The notes under the pieces were generated by a model that saw only the letters and a list, made by a program, of their open reading frames with translations, was not told where the DNA came from and searched no databases. Of a DNA stretch of 64,000 bases, positions 1 through 27,213 are shown in pieces (position 1 is the stretch's first letter; each line of letters opens with the position of its first letter). This DNA is from the human T2T-CHM13v2.0 reference genome, Homo sapiens. A program made the position numbers and the translations under genes. The stretch lies in the NCBI RefSeq assembly GCF_009914755.1, contig NC_060931.1; one strand, 5' to 3'.

Positions 1-699
1 GCCAGATGGCTGCTGTCCAAAGAGGTGCATCAGAAAGGTGACCAGATGCGGCGCATGAGGGGAGAGGGTGGGGCCGCTTCCCGCCCCGCCTCCTGAGGAA
101 TTCCACATCTACGGAGTTTGTCCCTTCCATTCTTCTATGCCTTTTTTTTTCCTTCCCTTTTGTTTTCCATAGTTCAGAGTCAGATTTCCTCTCCAAACCA
201 CAGTGCTTCAGGTTTTTTTTTGTTTTTGGCACTGCTTCTTTCCAGATGGACTTCTCAGGTGGCCTCATCTGCACCACCCGGTTGGCTGGCCCCGCATCTC
301 AGCCCTTCCTGGGGCTGCAGCCACACCCCTCACGCTTCTGTGCCCCCAGTTCCAAAGCAAAGAAGGCTCTGATTCAGTATTTCAAAAATGAGCTTCTTTT
401 TAGAAGCTCAGAACGAACCCAAGTCCTTGTCTGCATTTCCTTCCGGATCTTCTTTGTTTTGTGACGTGGCCTTAGCAAATTATTGAATGTGCCCACTGGG
501 ACGGGGGTGGCCTCCTATGGGGCACTGAGTTTGTGTGTGTGATGGGAGGGGATTTGCTTTAACGGTGAGGAGGGATGCCCTCACGATGGTCTGTCCTCTT
601 GAGCATGGCCCTGCAGCCTTCTGTGAGCTGGCCTCTGTCCACCACTGCCGGCTCATCTCTCCCTCCCCCATCTTCCTCTCTCTGGGCCAGCCCTAGTGA

Positions 700-2925
<2,226 letters not shown>

Positions 2926-3456
2926 CTGCCAGGGAACAGGAGCAGCCATGAAGGAGGGGCCCAGCTACGCAGCCAGGCCTCTCACAGGTGTCGCAGTCCC
3001 AGGGCTCTGAGGTCCTCATCAGGGGTGACCCACTGGTGGGGGAAAAGGGAAAGAAAAAAAGCAAAACAAAAGGATTGGGGGAAAAGAAAGATGCCAGAAG
3101 ACGGGGGGCGGAGGAGGTAGCTTTGGTAGGGAAGCAAGCGTCTCACACTCAGCTATGAGACTGAGGACAGTGTGGACGAACGGGATGACAGAGGATGGCA
3201 AAATCAATGGTTTCCGGCCCCACATGGTTGCGGGGCTCTCTCTGGCAACAGCATATCTGTACTCCCCATGGAGAGTTTATAGGACTTTTGAAAACGGTTC
3301 TGTCCCTGAGAGTCCCAGTGGAGAGCATCTCTGTCTCTTGAGGAACTGTTACCTGCTAGGTGGAAATCCCAGACTAGCATGGAACGCCCAGCAGGCCTGA
3401 GCAGCACTTCGGAGACTCGCTGCCACCTCAAGAAGGTGTTTTTTAGGTAACCCTGA

Positions 3457-4599
<1,143 letters not shown>

Positions 4600-4957
4600 T
4601 TATAGAGGTGATACAGACTTGAAATGTAAATAGGTTTCAATAAAATGTATGAAAGAAAACGGGCTATTAAAAGAAATTAAGGATGTTCAGTGCAGATCCC
4701 TAACCTGAGGCCAACATCATGCAAAGGAACACCCCAGCTGCCATAGCATAGTTCTTGGGCTTGCCGCATTGGGCAGAGTCCTAGGCTGGATGGATTGAGG
4801 GTGGAACTCATGATGAGTGATCTGGGCCAGCTCTAGGGGTGGGGAGAAGACACCAAGGAATTGGACTGCTCACTGAAAGGCAGCCCCTCTGAGCACGGAG
4901 ACTCGGCTGTCTGGGCCACTGCCTCCCCAGGGAGAAGGAAGGAGTCTGACAACTCAC

Positions 4958-5098
4958 CTCAGTTCCTGAACCTGGCAGGAAGTTCTTGACAAGGATGGTT
5001 TTGCCCAGGGCTGGGAAAGGGGCTTCCATGACACTTCTCATGAGTGGCTGAACCAGGGCAGGAGAGATGCCTCGTCTTTTTTCCACCTCATCCAAGAT
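4958..5098 (-). CDS. DENND2A: Exon 13 (141 nt): ILDEVEKRRG...PFPALG...SGTE
   Basis: ttgcag|ATC acceptor, GAG|gtgagt donor, phase 0 to 0. Confidence 0.96.
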
Positions 5099-5249
5099 CT
5101 GCAAGGGTCAGAAAAGCAGCTTAGCTATTCCGAAGCCAAAGCACCAAGGTGGAGCTCAGTTCTAGGTGAAGTGGGCCTGCCATGGTGACTCAAGAATTAT
5201 GGGGAAGCCCTGCTTTCCCCATGAGGCCAAAACAGGCCCTTTGACCCTA

Positions 5250-5385
5250 CACATGATTGTCCCCAATTCTTCTCTCCTCTGTGTGTCCACACCCTTTGCC
5301 ATGCAATGTTGCAGCTCCTACTCAGGAGTGAAGTCCACTTCCTTGCCCCTTTGACCTAGGGTTTGGCCATGTGACAGGTTGTACT
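5250..5385 (+). mobile_element. MLT1 (ERVL-MaLR) LTR, 5' part
   Basis: cccctttgacctagggtttggccatgtgac MLT1-type motif. Confidence 0.6.
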
Positions 5386-5389
5386 AATA

Positions 5390-5556
5390 CATGCATTCTC
5401 AATGAAGGTAATATAACCCCAAGAGGGTAAGAACTGGTTTTTGGGAGGAATGAAAAAACTTAGATATTACAGTGGTTTGTAGCCCTCTAAGAGGTCACAG
5501 TACATAAACAGATATACAGTTTATTTATGAAATGAAAATGTCATGGGAGGGGATAG
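5390..5556. mobile_element. hAT-Charlie non-autonomous element (Charlie4/MER80-like), left part; right part at about 9108-9177 and 9500-9519
   Basis: catgcattctcaatg...cagtacataaacagatatacagt; right part aaaaggctgcttaggggg...gggacactg. Confidence 0.55.
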
Positions 5557-5559
5557 CCA

Positions 5560-6460
5560 TCATGAAAATACAAATCAAAAGCACCATGAGATACCACTTC
5601 ACACCCGTTAGGATGACTCTAATAAAAAGATGGATAAGAACAAGTGTTGACAAGGACATGGAGAAATTAGAAATCTCATACACTGCTGGTAGGAATGTAA
5701 AATAGTGAAGCTACTCTGGAGAACAGTCTGGTAGTTCCTCAAAAGGTTAAACATAGAGTTACCATATGACCCAGCACATAGCACTCCTAGGTACCTACCC
5801 AAAAGAAGTGAAAACATATATGTTCACATAAAAATTTGTACATGATTGTCTGTAGCGGCATTATTCATAATAGCCACAACACAGAAGAAACTTAAATGTC
5901 CATTAACTGATGAAGTGATAAACAAAATGCACTATATCCATATAATGGAATATTATTTGGCCATCAAAGTGCTGATACATGCTATAACTTGGATGACTCT
6001 TGAAAACATTATGCTAAATGAAAGAAGCTAGTCATAAAAGGCCATCTAATGTATGATTCCACTTAGATGAAATGTCCAGAATAGAAAAATCCAGAGAGAC
6101 AGAAAGTGGATTGGAGGTTGCTTAGAGTTAGGGAGTGGCGGCTAATAGGTATAGGGTGTTTTGTTGGGGTGATGAAAATGCTCTAAAATTGTGGTGATGG
6201 TTGTATAACTCTGTGAATATGCTGAAAGCCACTGAACTGTATATATTTTTTATTTTTTATTATTTTAGAGATGGGAGTCTTGCTAGGTCGCCCAGGCTTG
6301 CCTTCAACTTCTGGGCTCAAGTGTCCTCCTATGTCAGCCTCCTGAGTAGCTGAGACTACAGGCGCTTGCCACTGTGCTCAGCAAATTGTGTACTTTAAAT
6401 GAATGAATTGCATGGTATGTGAATTATATCTTAATAAAGCTACTACTAAAAAACTAAAAA
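5560..6460 (+). mobile_element. Old L1M (L1MB-like) ORF2 end and 3'UTR, interrupted by an Alu monomer at about 6245-6385
   Basis: atgagataccacttcacacc, catacactgctggtaggaatgtaaaa, gaattatatcttaataaagct followed by an A-tail. Confidence 0.8.
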
Positions 6461-6493
6461 AAAAAAAAAAAATTCCAAACTCTCCACAATCTA

Positions 6494-7832
<1,339 letters not shown>

Positions 7833-7834
7833 AA

Positions 7835-9070
<1,236 letters not shown>

Positions 9071-9519
9071 AAAAGACAATAATATGAACAAAAATAAAAA
9101 GAATTTTGGGGGAGACAGTTAGGGAAAACACACCTGAAAAGGCTGCTTAGGGGGACAGTAATGAAAAAAAAGCTTGTGGCCGGGCACAGTGGCTCATGCC
9201 TGTAATCCCAGCACTTTGGGATGCCGAGGCAAGCAGATCACCTGAGGTCAAGAGTTCGAGACCAGCCTGGCCAACATGGTGAAATCCCGTCTCTACTAAA
9301 AATACAAAAATTAGCTGGGTGTGGTGGCGGGCTCCTGTAATCTCAGCTACTCGGGAGGCTGGGAAGGAGAATCACTTGAACCTGGGAGGTGGAGGTTGCA
9401 GTGAGCCAAGATCACGCCACTGCCCTCCAGCCTGGGCGACAGAGCAAGACTCCATCTCAAAAAAAAAAAAAAAAAAAAAGAAAGGAAAAAGGAAAAGAAA
9501 AAAAGCCTTTGGGACACTG

Positions 9520-9862
9520 GGCAGAACGAGGCAGAAGCGTTGCCATGCGGGTTCTCTGGCCAGGCCTTAGGAGGCCTGCCTTCGTGTTTTGTGTGCCCTT
9601 TTGTGCCTCTGCCATTGCCACGAGAAGAGCACATGTGGGCCATCTCACTGTCTAGGAGCATGGGAGACATGTGGACCAGGCCTGCGCCCAGACTTGTAGC
9701 CTCTAGAGCAGCTAGACCAGCCTCAATCAGCCAACCCAGCCTCTTCACAATACTTGCCAAGCCCAAACCCCAGCTGACCTCACAGCTGGGAGAACAAATG
9801 ATTGAATCTTGAAGCCTCTGTGGTTCACTAGACAGTATTACTATAGCAATTGTTAACTGATA
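9520..9862 (+). mobile_element. MLT1 LTR, 3' part
   Basis: gccttaggaggcct and gccacgagaagagca motifs; end gcaattgttaactgatac. Confidence 0.6.
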
Positions 9863-10439
9863 CCCTTTTCTTCAGAAATTCTGAGACCTGCTCTTCTTCT
9901 CCATGACTCCTTTCTGTTCTAAAGGACAATATGCATTTTGGCCATCCTTGCTCCACGCCTAGAAATAGCTCAAGTTCCTGGGATCAGTTAGCTAAAGCTC
10001 TGGTTCTGGTTCTGTCCTGAATAACTGCTGTGTGGTCTTCGGCAAGTCATTACACTGCACTCCTAAAATATCCCTGGTCAGAAAACAGACATGAAAACAA
10101 AGGACTGTGCATCACAGAAATATGTTAGCACATTTACTGGCTCCACGTCCCCTGCCCATGACAGCAGTGAAGCTTACGTGAACTTCAAAGCCTCCACTTG
10201 GAAGCTGGCCTAACTCACATGAGCTGTTTTACTTCTGGTGTTCATAAGCATTCTGACAACAACAAAGGCTATGACCTATAACCTTACTTCACATGTAAAC
10301 AAATCACATGAAAGCCTGGCCTGAGCAGTAATGCCTAGTCTGCTAGACCTTGCCAATGGCCAACCCCAACATAAAGTGATGAGCACTTCTGGTGGAGGGG
10401 AGGGGAGACCTTGGCTCAGATTACACTGATAGCATTCAT

Positions 10440-10571
10440 TTTCTTTCTTTCTTTTTCTCTCTTTTTCCCTTCTTTCATTTTCCCTTCCTTCCTTTCCCTC
10501 TCTCTCTCCCTTCCTCCCTCCCTCTCCCTCTCCTTTCCCTTCCTTCTTCTTTCTTTTTCTTTTCTTTCTTT
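10440..10571 (+). repeat. Polypyrimidine low-complexity tract (Alu tail derived)
   Basis: Nearly all C/T. Confidence 0.85.
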
Positions 10572-11140
10572 ACAGGGTCTCACTATATTGCCAAGGCTGG
10601 AGTGCACTGGTGTGAACATGACTCGCTGCAGCCTCAGCCTCCTAGGCTCAAGCAATCCTCCCACCGCTCAGCCTCCCAGGTAGCTGGAACTACAGGTGCA
10701 CACTACCATGCCTGGCTAATTTTTTTGTATTTTTTGTAGAGACAGGGTTTCACCATGTTGCCTAGTCTGCTCTTGAACTCGTGGGCTCAAGCGATCCTCC
10801 CACCTTGGCCTCCCAAAGTACTAGGATTACAGCTGTGAGCCACTGCGCCTGGCCTTCTTTTGTGTTTTATTTTTTAATTAGAGACAGGGTCTTGCTAGTT
10901 TTCCCAGGCTGGAGTGCAGTGATACGATCACAGCTCACCACAGCCTCGAACTCTTGGGCTCAAGTGATCTACTGGCCTCAGCCTCCTGACCAGGCATTAA
11001 TTCTTTCTAACAGATTTACAGAGAAGTACAAGTTCTACCATGGGAAGAGATTGTACTATGTTTGTATAATTCAGGTTTCCTCTGAGTTTAGGTGGAGGGT
11101 GGGCAGGAGGAAGGCTTTTTTATAGAAATGCTTTTAGGGG

Positions 11141-12099
11141 TGAAGGGGTGGGTTGCCCCTCCACACCTGTTGGTGTTTCTCGTTAGGTGGAATGAGAGAC
11201 TTGGAAAAGAAAAAGACACAGAGACAAAGTATAGAGAAAGAAATAAGGGGACCCAGGGAACCAGCGTTCAGCATATGGAGGATCCCGCCAGCCTCTGAGT
11301 TCCCTTAGTATTTATTGATCATTCGTGGGCGTTTCTCCGAGAGGGGGATGTGTCAGGGTCACAAGACAATAGTGGGGAGAGGGTCAGCAGACAAACACGT
11401 GAACAAAGGTCTTTGCATCATAGACAAGGTAAAGAATAAAGTGCTGTGCTTTTAGATATGCATACACATAAACATCTCAATGCTTTACAAAGCAGTATTG
11501 CATGTTCCACCTCCAGCCCTAAGGCGGTTTTTCCCTATCTCAGTAGATCGAACGTACAATCGGGTTTTATACCGAGACATTCCATTGCGCAGGCACGGCA
11601 GGAGACAGATGCATTCCTCTTGTCTCAACTGTAAAGAGGCATTCCTTCCTCTTATACTAATGCTCCTCAGCACAGACCCTTTATGGGTGTCGGGCTGGGG
11701 GACGGTCAGGTCTTTCCATTCCCAGGAGGCCATATTTCAGACTATCCCATGAGGAGAAATCTTGGACAATACCTGGCTTTCCTAGGCAGAGGTCCCTGCG
11801 GCCTTCCGCAGTGTTTGTGTCCCTGGGTACTTGAGATTAGGGATTGGTGATGACTCTTAACGAGCATGCTGCCTTCAAGCATCTGTTTAACAAAGCACAT
11901 CTTGCACCGCCCTTAATCCATTTAACCCTGAGTGGACACAGCACGTTTCAGAGAGCACGGCGTTGGGGGTAAGGTTATAGATTAACAGCATCTCAAGGCA
12001 GAAGAATTTTTCTTAGTACAGAACAAAATGGAGTCTCCTATGTCTACTTCTTTCTACACAGACACAGTAACAGTCTGATCTCTCTTTCTTTTCCCCACA
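11141..12099 (-). mobile_element. Solo HERV-K(HML-2) LTR, LTR5_Hs-like, 959 bp, 5-bp TSD AGGGG
   Basis: Minus strand begins TGTGGGGAAAAGAAAGAGAGATCAG and ends GGGGCAACCCACCCCTTCA; TATAAAA at 11565-11571, AATAAA at 11311-11316; AGGGG at 11136-11140 and 12100-12104. Confidence 0.93.
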
Positions 12100-12276
12100 A
12101 GGGGCCGGATGCAGTGGCTTGTGCCTGTAATCCCAGCACTTAGGGAGGCCGAGGTGGGCGGATTACGAGGTCAGGAGATCAAGACCATCCTGGCCAACAT
12201 GGTGAAACCCCGTCTCTACTAAAAATACAAAAATTAGCCGGGTGTGGTGGCATGTGCCTGTAGTCCCAGCTACTCA

Positions 12277-12420
<144 letters not shown>

Positions 12421-12686
12421 TCATGGACCGTAGGTGCAGGAACTTCAATTCCCCAAAAGAAAGCTCAGACAGAGCTATATACTCAAGAAGGATTGAAAAT
12501 AAATTTATGAATTAGGCCAGACGCGGTGGCTCACGCCTATAATCCCAGCACTTTGGGAGGCCGAGGTGGGTGGATCACTTGAGGTCAGTTTGAGACCAGC
12601 CTGGGCAATATGGTGAAACCCCATCTCTACTAAAAATACAAAATTAGCCAGGCGTGGTGGCACGCGCCTGTAATGCCAGCTACTCA

Positions 12687-12815
<129 letters not shown>

Positions 12816-13272
12816 TTAGACACTCATGTCTGGTTAATACAGGAAATGATGTTGGATTATACCTAGCTTTTGAGATCAGCATCATATAGGATAGTAATTC
12901 TCTCCTATATACCAATCCAGAATACCGGGGTAGATGAGCTAATTCAATACGGCAATTCCTATGCGTTCATATGTTGGCTCATTTTCCAGAAAAGAAGACC
13001 AAATTATATGAATATTTTGATAAACTTAGAGCACTATTAAAATAATTAATCCCCCCTCCACAAAACTGTTATATATACATGACACATATGTACGTGGGTA
13101 CACACCTATCCATCTATTACAGTAGCCTTTTTTCACGCCAAAGCTCATATGACAAAAGGCAATTCTCAGAAGAAGAAAAATAAAACACCTGGAATATTCT
13201 GGGAGGGTCTTCCACCCCTCCCTTTCTCAACTTCAATTATCTTGCCGTCCCTGCACCACACACACTTTCTGA

Positions 13273-13417
<145 letters not shown>

Positions 13418-13791
13418 TAGCTGGGGTTACAGGCGCCCGCCACCACGCCTGGCTAATTTTTTTTTTGTATTTTTAGTAGGGATGGGCTTTCACCATGCTG
13501 GCCAGGCTTGTCTCGAACTCCTGACCTCAAGTGATCCGCCCGCCTCAGACTCCCAAACTGCTGGGATTACAGGCATGAGCCACCCCGCCACCACACCGGG
13601 CCTATCAACTCTCATTTCCTGAACCAATGGTGAGAGAATAGAGGGGTGATGAGGAGAGGAGTGAAGAAATGGGAAGGGAAGTAGGTAGAGAATAAGATGA
13701 TAGAAGGCCCAGGACATGGGGGTATTCCCTGGAGCCCTCTAGAGCCCTCCCGTTCCTTCCCTTCCTCTTTCTCTGAGGTCCAAGTTCTCAC

Positions 13792-13869
13792 CCTTGAAAA
13801 GAGGCTGAAGCATCCCAGGCGGCTCACAATGCAGTAAACTTCAGGAAGGCGCTTCCCTTTGCCTCCAGG
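13792..13869 (-). CDS. DENND2A: Exon 12 (78 nt): PGGKGKRLPEVYCIVSRLGCFSLFSR
   Basis: gaaaag|CCT acceptor, AGG|gtgaga donor, phase 0 to 0. Confidence 0.94.
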
Positions 13870-14129
13870 CTTTTCGGAGAGAAACACAAGGGAATTATGA
13901 GTGTTGACAACCTCAGGGAAGAAAGGAACCCACATGTTTTTTGCGAGACTATCATGTGCCAGATGTTTCCACATATCATAGCTCTGGAAAACCCAATAAA
14001 GTAAGTTGTTATTCCATTGTGTTTATTATAATGTTTGTTATAATTGTTTTGTATCCCTATATGTTTATTATAATGATAATTTCAAGTGAGAAATCATTTC
14101 TGAAGATCTTTCTGAAAACTCAGTTTTAA

Positions 14130-14714
<585 letters not shown>

Positions 14715-15585
14715 TGAACTCCTGAGCTCAGGCAACCTGCCCACCTCAGCCTCCCAAAGTGCTAGGATTACTGGTGTGAGCCTGTGCCCGACCTCAGTCT
14801 CAATACTTTAACCCTAAAGTAATTTGATCAACAAAATTATTATCTCACTTACCTTTTTCAATTATCCATGCTTTTTATTTTACTGATTAATTCAAAAAAT
14901 GTTTCTTGAACACCTACTATGTGCCACGCATTATACTTGACCCTAAAGTTTTTCAGCCTATTTCAGAGACTCAAGTATATTCTCAGTGGAAAAAGATTCA
15001 CCATTACTGAAGATTTTCAAAAGAATGGGCCTGAAAATGACAATTCTAAAATGCTTTAGCAGGATCATTGCACTGAAATAAGTTTCTGACTTTGAAAGGT
15101 GACTATTCTGAAGGGGACATTCTTGAATTATTTGAGTCTTCTCTCCTTAGCAACCATTCTGAATGTTCTCTCTAAGTGATCAGGGTCTGTTTGGCATGTT
15201 TTATTAGAAAAAAAAAAATTCGCTTAAAGAGAGAAAGGTCTTTTATTTGGCAGGAAAAATAATGGAGAAAGTATTTTTGTCCAGTTGCGGTGGTTCATGC
15301 CTGTAATCTCAGCACACTGGGAGGCCGAGGTGGGAGGATTACTTGAGCCCAAGAGTTCGAGACCAGCCTGGGCAACACAGCAAGATCCTGTCTCTACAAA
15401 TAATTAAAAAATTAGCCATGTGTGGTGGTACATGCCTGTGGTCCCAGCTACTCGGGAGGCTGAGGCAGGAGGATCACCTGAGCTGGGGAGGTCGAGGCTG
15501 CAGTGAAACATGATCCACTGCACTCCAGCCCAGGCAGCAGAGTGAGACCCTGTCTCAAAATGAAATAAAAGTATTTTCTTTCTGA

Positions 15586-16138
<553 letters not shown>

Positions 16139-16257
16139 TGATTTTAACTATGCTGATTCACCTGCCACTCCCCCTGCTCCTTCTCCTCCTGTGCCTCATC
16201 GGGGAATCTCAGTCTCACGGGACTGGGAAGCCAGACCTGGCTCTTGCACCAGGACTA

Positions 16258-16848
<591 letters not shown>

Positions 16849-17868
16849 CTATCTCAAAAAAAAAAAAAAAAAAAAAAGTCAGTGAGACTGAGACCTAAAG
16901 TGTCGCTGTGGCCTGAGACAAAATGTGGTGCTTTGTTTCCATCCTGGGCTATCCTGTCATTTTCTCTTTTTTTTTTTTTTCAAGATGGAGTCTCACTCGG
17001 TTGCCCAGGCTGGGATGCAGTGGTGTGATCTCGGCTCACCACAACCTCTGCCGCCCGGGTTCAAGCGATTCTCCTGCCCCAGCGCCTGCCACCACCATGC
17101 CTAGCTAAGGGCTCTCCCATCATTCAATCACCTGAGCTGCCCCATTGTACAAAACACAACTGTCATTTACTCTGGAGGCTAAAGAGAGGGAAGAGCCTGG
17201 GGTGCTGTCCTCAGGGAACTGAGCATGTGTGAGTGCAGTGACATCTGCTCATCTAGGGATGTGACTCGGTGAGGGAGCAGCGGAAGATGGGGACAGTTCT
17301 GTGCCCCTCTTGGAATTGCCCTGGGGCAGCTCTCTCAGGGCATGGTCTGTACAGGGCAGCCCCGGGGCTTGGACGGTCCTTAAAGACTGCTGAGCCACCC
17401 TCAAGGAACGCGGTACCCCTTAAAGACAGGACCCGCAGCCTACTGAGTTTGGCCAAATGCGGAAACATCTGATAATAAAAACACTGGTGTCTAATTACTC
17501 GGGATGAAGCAGAAATGTAAACGGATCCCAATCCAAGAAACATCTGGATAGGAGACTGAAGAGATGTTTCAGGATGAGAACGGGGAAGGGCAATGTTGCC
17601 CTAACTTTTCCCAGGCTAAGAATTATCTTCCGGGAGGCTTCTGAAACAAGTATCCCCAGATTGAGTGGGAAGCCCGGGAGGTCTGCATGCTGGGCAGGTG
17701 ACTTCACCTTCAGGGAAGCTTTAAAAACACCCCTTGGGGAAAGCTCTAGGCCAGGCCCATCAGGATTACTTAACGGTGGGAATGACTCATGTGGTCTGCC
17801 ACCTGTAACCCCGTCTCTAAGTCTCGCCTTAGTCTTTGGGGCTGCGAAGGGGAGAAGCCAGCTCGTAC

Positions 17869-17978
17869 CTGGTGAACTGCTGGACAGGAACCCAATCCTT
17901 GGCATCGGGAAAACAGAACTGGGGAATGGCCTTCAGTTGGTCCTCAGCTTCTCTCATGAACTTGAAAGACCTTTCCAA
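17869..17978 (-). CDS. DENND2A: Exon 10 (110 nt): LERSFKFMRE...IPQFCFPD...QQFT
   Basis: uDENN FCFP motif; ctgcag|TTG acceptor, CAG|gtacga donor. Confidence 0.96.
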
Positions 17979-18704
17979 CTGCAGGGAGAAAGGTGAGAGA
18001 AAATTCGAGAACAAATCTCAGCATGGGAAATTGAGGCGGATGATGGTAAGGATGGCCTCTCCCACCTTTCCACATTTGTGACTGCCGCCTTAGCCTCTTC
18101 CCTTGGGAAGAGCTTGCAGCTCAGTCGGCTGGGGCATTTTCCCCCCAGTGCACTTCCAACTATAGACCTCTGGGAGAAGTTGGGAGGAAAAAATAGGATG
18201 CTTTAGAGAATGATTCTCTATGCTTGACATTCTAGAATGTAACTATTCCAGTGAATTAAAAAAACTGCCAGCAATCCTTTCCAAATAGGAGGCTCAGGAA
18301 TCTGGAAGGCAGAGCCTCTAATCAGGCCTCTCTGTCTCTGGGTCCAGGCAAAGCTGTCCCTTTCGAACTCCAGGCAAAGACTGTTACAACATTCTCAGTG
18401 AATAAATCCAGTAAAACCATATTATGCTGGGAAATTCAACTAATTTCAGACAGTCATTGAGTGTTGGAACTAGAAGGAAGCGTGACACCATCCAGCCTGA
18501 CATTCTTATTTCAGCAAGAAGGAAATAAGCCCCGAGGTGTGAAGTGATGTGTCCTGGTCACATGAGTTAATGTTCAAACTAGGAAGAAAAATGATCTTAA
18601 TCTTTTTTTCCTCTCTCTCTCTCTTTATGATATTCTAGCACATCATACAGTATCTGACATATCAAAGACTGGATGAATGTTATCTTGTTAAAGAACAGGA
18701 GGAG

Positions 18705-25122
<6,418 letters not shown>

Positions 25123-25254
25123 TAATTAGGACCCATTTTCAAGATTCTAGATGCTAGGTGTTCCTCAGACTCCCACACCTCCCTCAATTCATGAGTCCCA
25201 ACAAGGTGATGGTTAGAACCCTGGCAGGCCACAGGGACCTGGCCACCCTGTTAC

Positions 25255-25442
25255 CTTCAGAGGGAACTGTTGGGTGAGTTCTGGCACGTAGGCAGCCCCG
25301 GCCTGCTTCTTGTGCAAAGACACAACCACAAAGTACTCGAAGAGCTGCCTCTCCTGGTACTCGATGAGTTCCCGGGCAAGTGATGGGTACCGAGGCGCCT
25401 GCTTCAGCCGGGACTTCACGTTGACCAGGCGCTGGCTGTGAG
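25255..25442 (-). CDS. DENND2A: Exon 9 (188 nt): AHSQRLVNVK...QLFEYFVVVSL...QQFPLK, start of uDENN
   Basis: cccag|CT acceptor, AAG|gtaaca donor, phase 1 to 0. Confidence 0.96.
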
Positions 25443-25450
25443 CTGGGTGA

Positions 25451-25456
25451 GGGAGG

Positions 25457-25510
<54 letters not shown>
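25451..25510. repeat. (GA)n/(TC)n microsatellite forming the exon 9 polypyrimidine tract
   Basis: Direct reading. Confidence 0.95.
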
Positions 25511-25515
<5 letters not shown>

Positions 25516-26125
25516 TGAGCAAAGAGCCTGAAATGACCATGAGTCCATGTGGAATTGTGCCGAGCTGCAATAGGTTATGTAATTATCAGCTCAAGTACTT
25601 TTTTCTAATCCCCAAAGTGTTTCTGTGTCTAACAAATTAGTAGGAAACTCTTTATTTGGGATCTCTGCCAAAGTTCTGGGAGAACCAACATTCAGTTGGC
25701 TACCAAACCAATCAGGGTGCAGGAGCCTGGCTCTGCTCTGCCATGGTTTTGCTGTCTGGACTCTGGGCAGAGGCTGAAGATGTCCTTGCCTTCATCTGTC
25801 TGATGAGATGGGGACAGTGACTCCTCCCCTCACCCATTTCCCTCGTCTTTTGGTTGGTGTGATGTGACAGAATCCAGACTATAGGGCTTTTGGAGCTGGG
25901 AGCTTTGTAAACATCCCTTGTGACTCAACTGGCAGAGATCCCACTAACTCAGGAACTCCTGTCCACCTCCCCTCCTGCCACTAACTCTGCAATGAAATGG
26001 CCTTGCTTCATTCTAGAGGTGAGTCCGGGAGCAGCTGGGTGTCAGAGGTGAATGCAGCAGGGTCACTGAGTGGACAGGTCCCTGTCACCTCGTTCAGCAA
26101 TCTGGACTTGCTTTCTTTTTTTTGA

Positions 26126-26269
<144 letters not shown>

Positions 26270-26927
26270 TAATTTTTCATATTTTTAGTAGAGACGAGGT
26301 TTCACTATGTTGGCCAGGCTGGTCTTGAACTCCCGACCTTGTGATCCACCCGCCTCGGCCTCCTAAAGTGCTGGGATTACAGGCGTGAGCCACCACGCCC
26401 GGCCCCTGGACTTGCTTTCTTTGGCTTCTCCCTGGGGTCTGAAAAATTGCAGAAAACTCACTAAAGCCTTGGCCTAGACTATTTAATTTTAGACCCATAG
26501 GGACCAATTATTTCAACAACTTCATCAGACAGATGAACTAGAGGCCCTGGATCTTAAGTGATTTCCTCCAGATCACACAGTAATTTGAGCAGAAGTGGGC
26601 AGAAGCTCCAGGTCTCTGGAGGCTTAGGGCTGCAGTGTCAAGCCTTGAAGTGTGGAAAACCCTCAGGACATAGGGAGAGGCATGGGAGCAGGGGTCGCTG
26701 CCGTTACTGCAGCCACCCTGGCTCTCAGCAACTGTAGTGCCATTTTGATCATGCCCATGACGGACCGGCTCTGGAGCACCCTGTGGCCCCACTGTCTCCC
26801 GAGATGTCCACGCCTTGCCAAGCAAGCTCCGGCAGGACGCTTCTGTCCCTCATACTAAGGAGGAGGGGCCACCTTTGCAGCTTCCAAGTCACCTGCCTGA
26901 GTCCTGCACAGTAGTGGCTCTCCTCAC

Positions 26928-26978
26928 CTTTCAGCTTCTCCTCTGTGTCACTGTCAGACTCACTGTTCTCATCTGTCA
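26928..26978 (-). CDS. DENND2A: Exon 8 (51 nt): VTDENSESDSDTEEKLK
   Basis: ttttcttctag|TG acceptor, AAG|gtgagg donor, phase 1 to 1. Confidence 0.93.
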
Positions 26979-26982
26979 CTAG

Positions 26983-27213
<231 letters not shown>

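Noticed and set aside
11141-12099. SVA element or HERV-K provirus
   Set aside because: No hexamer repeat, VNTR, primer-binding site or gag/env sequence; a complete solo LTR with its own TSD
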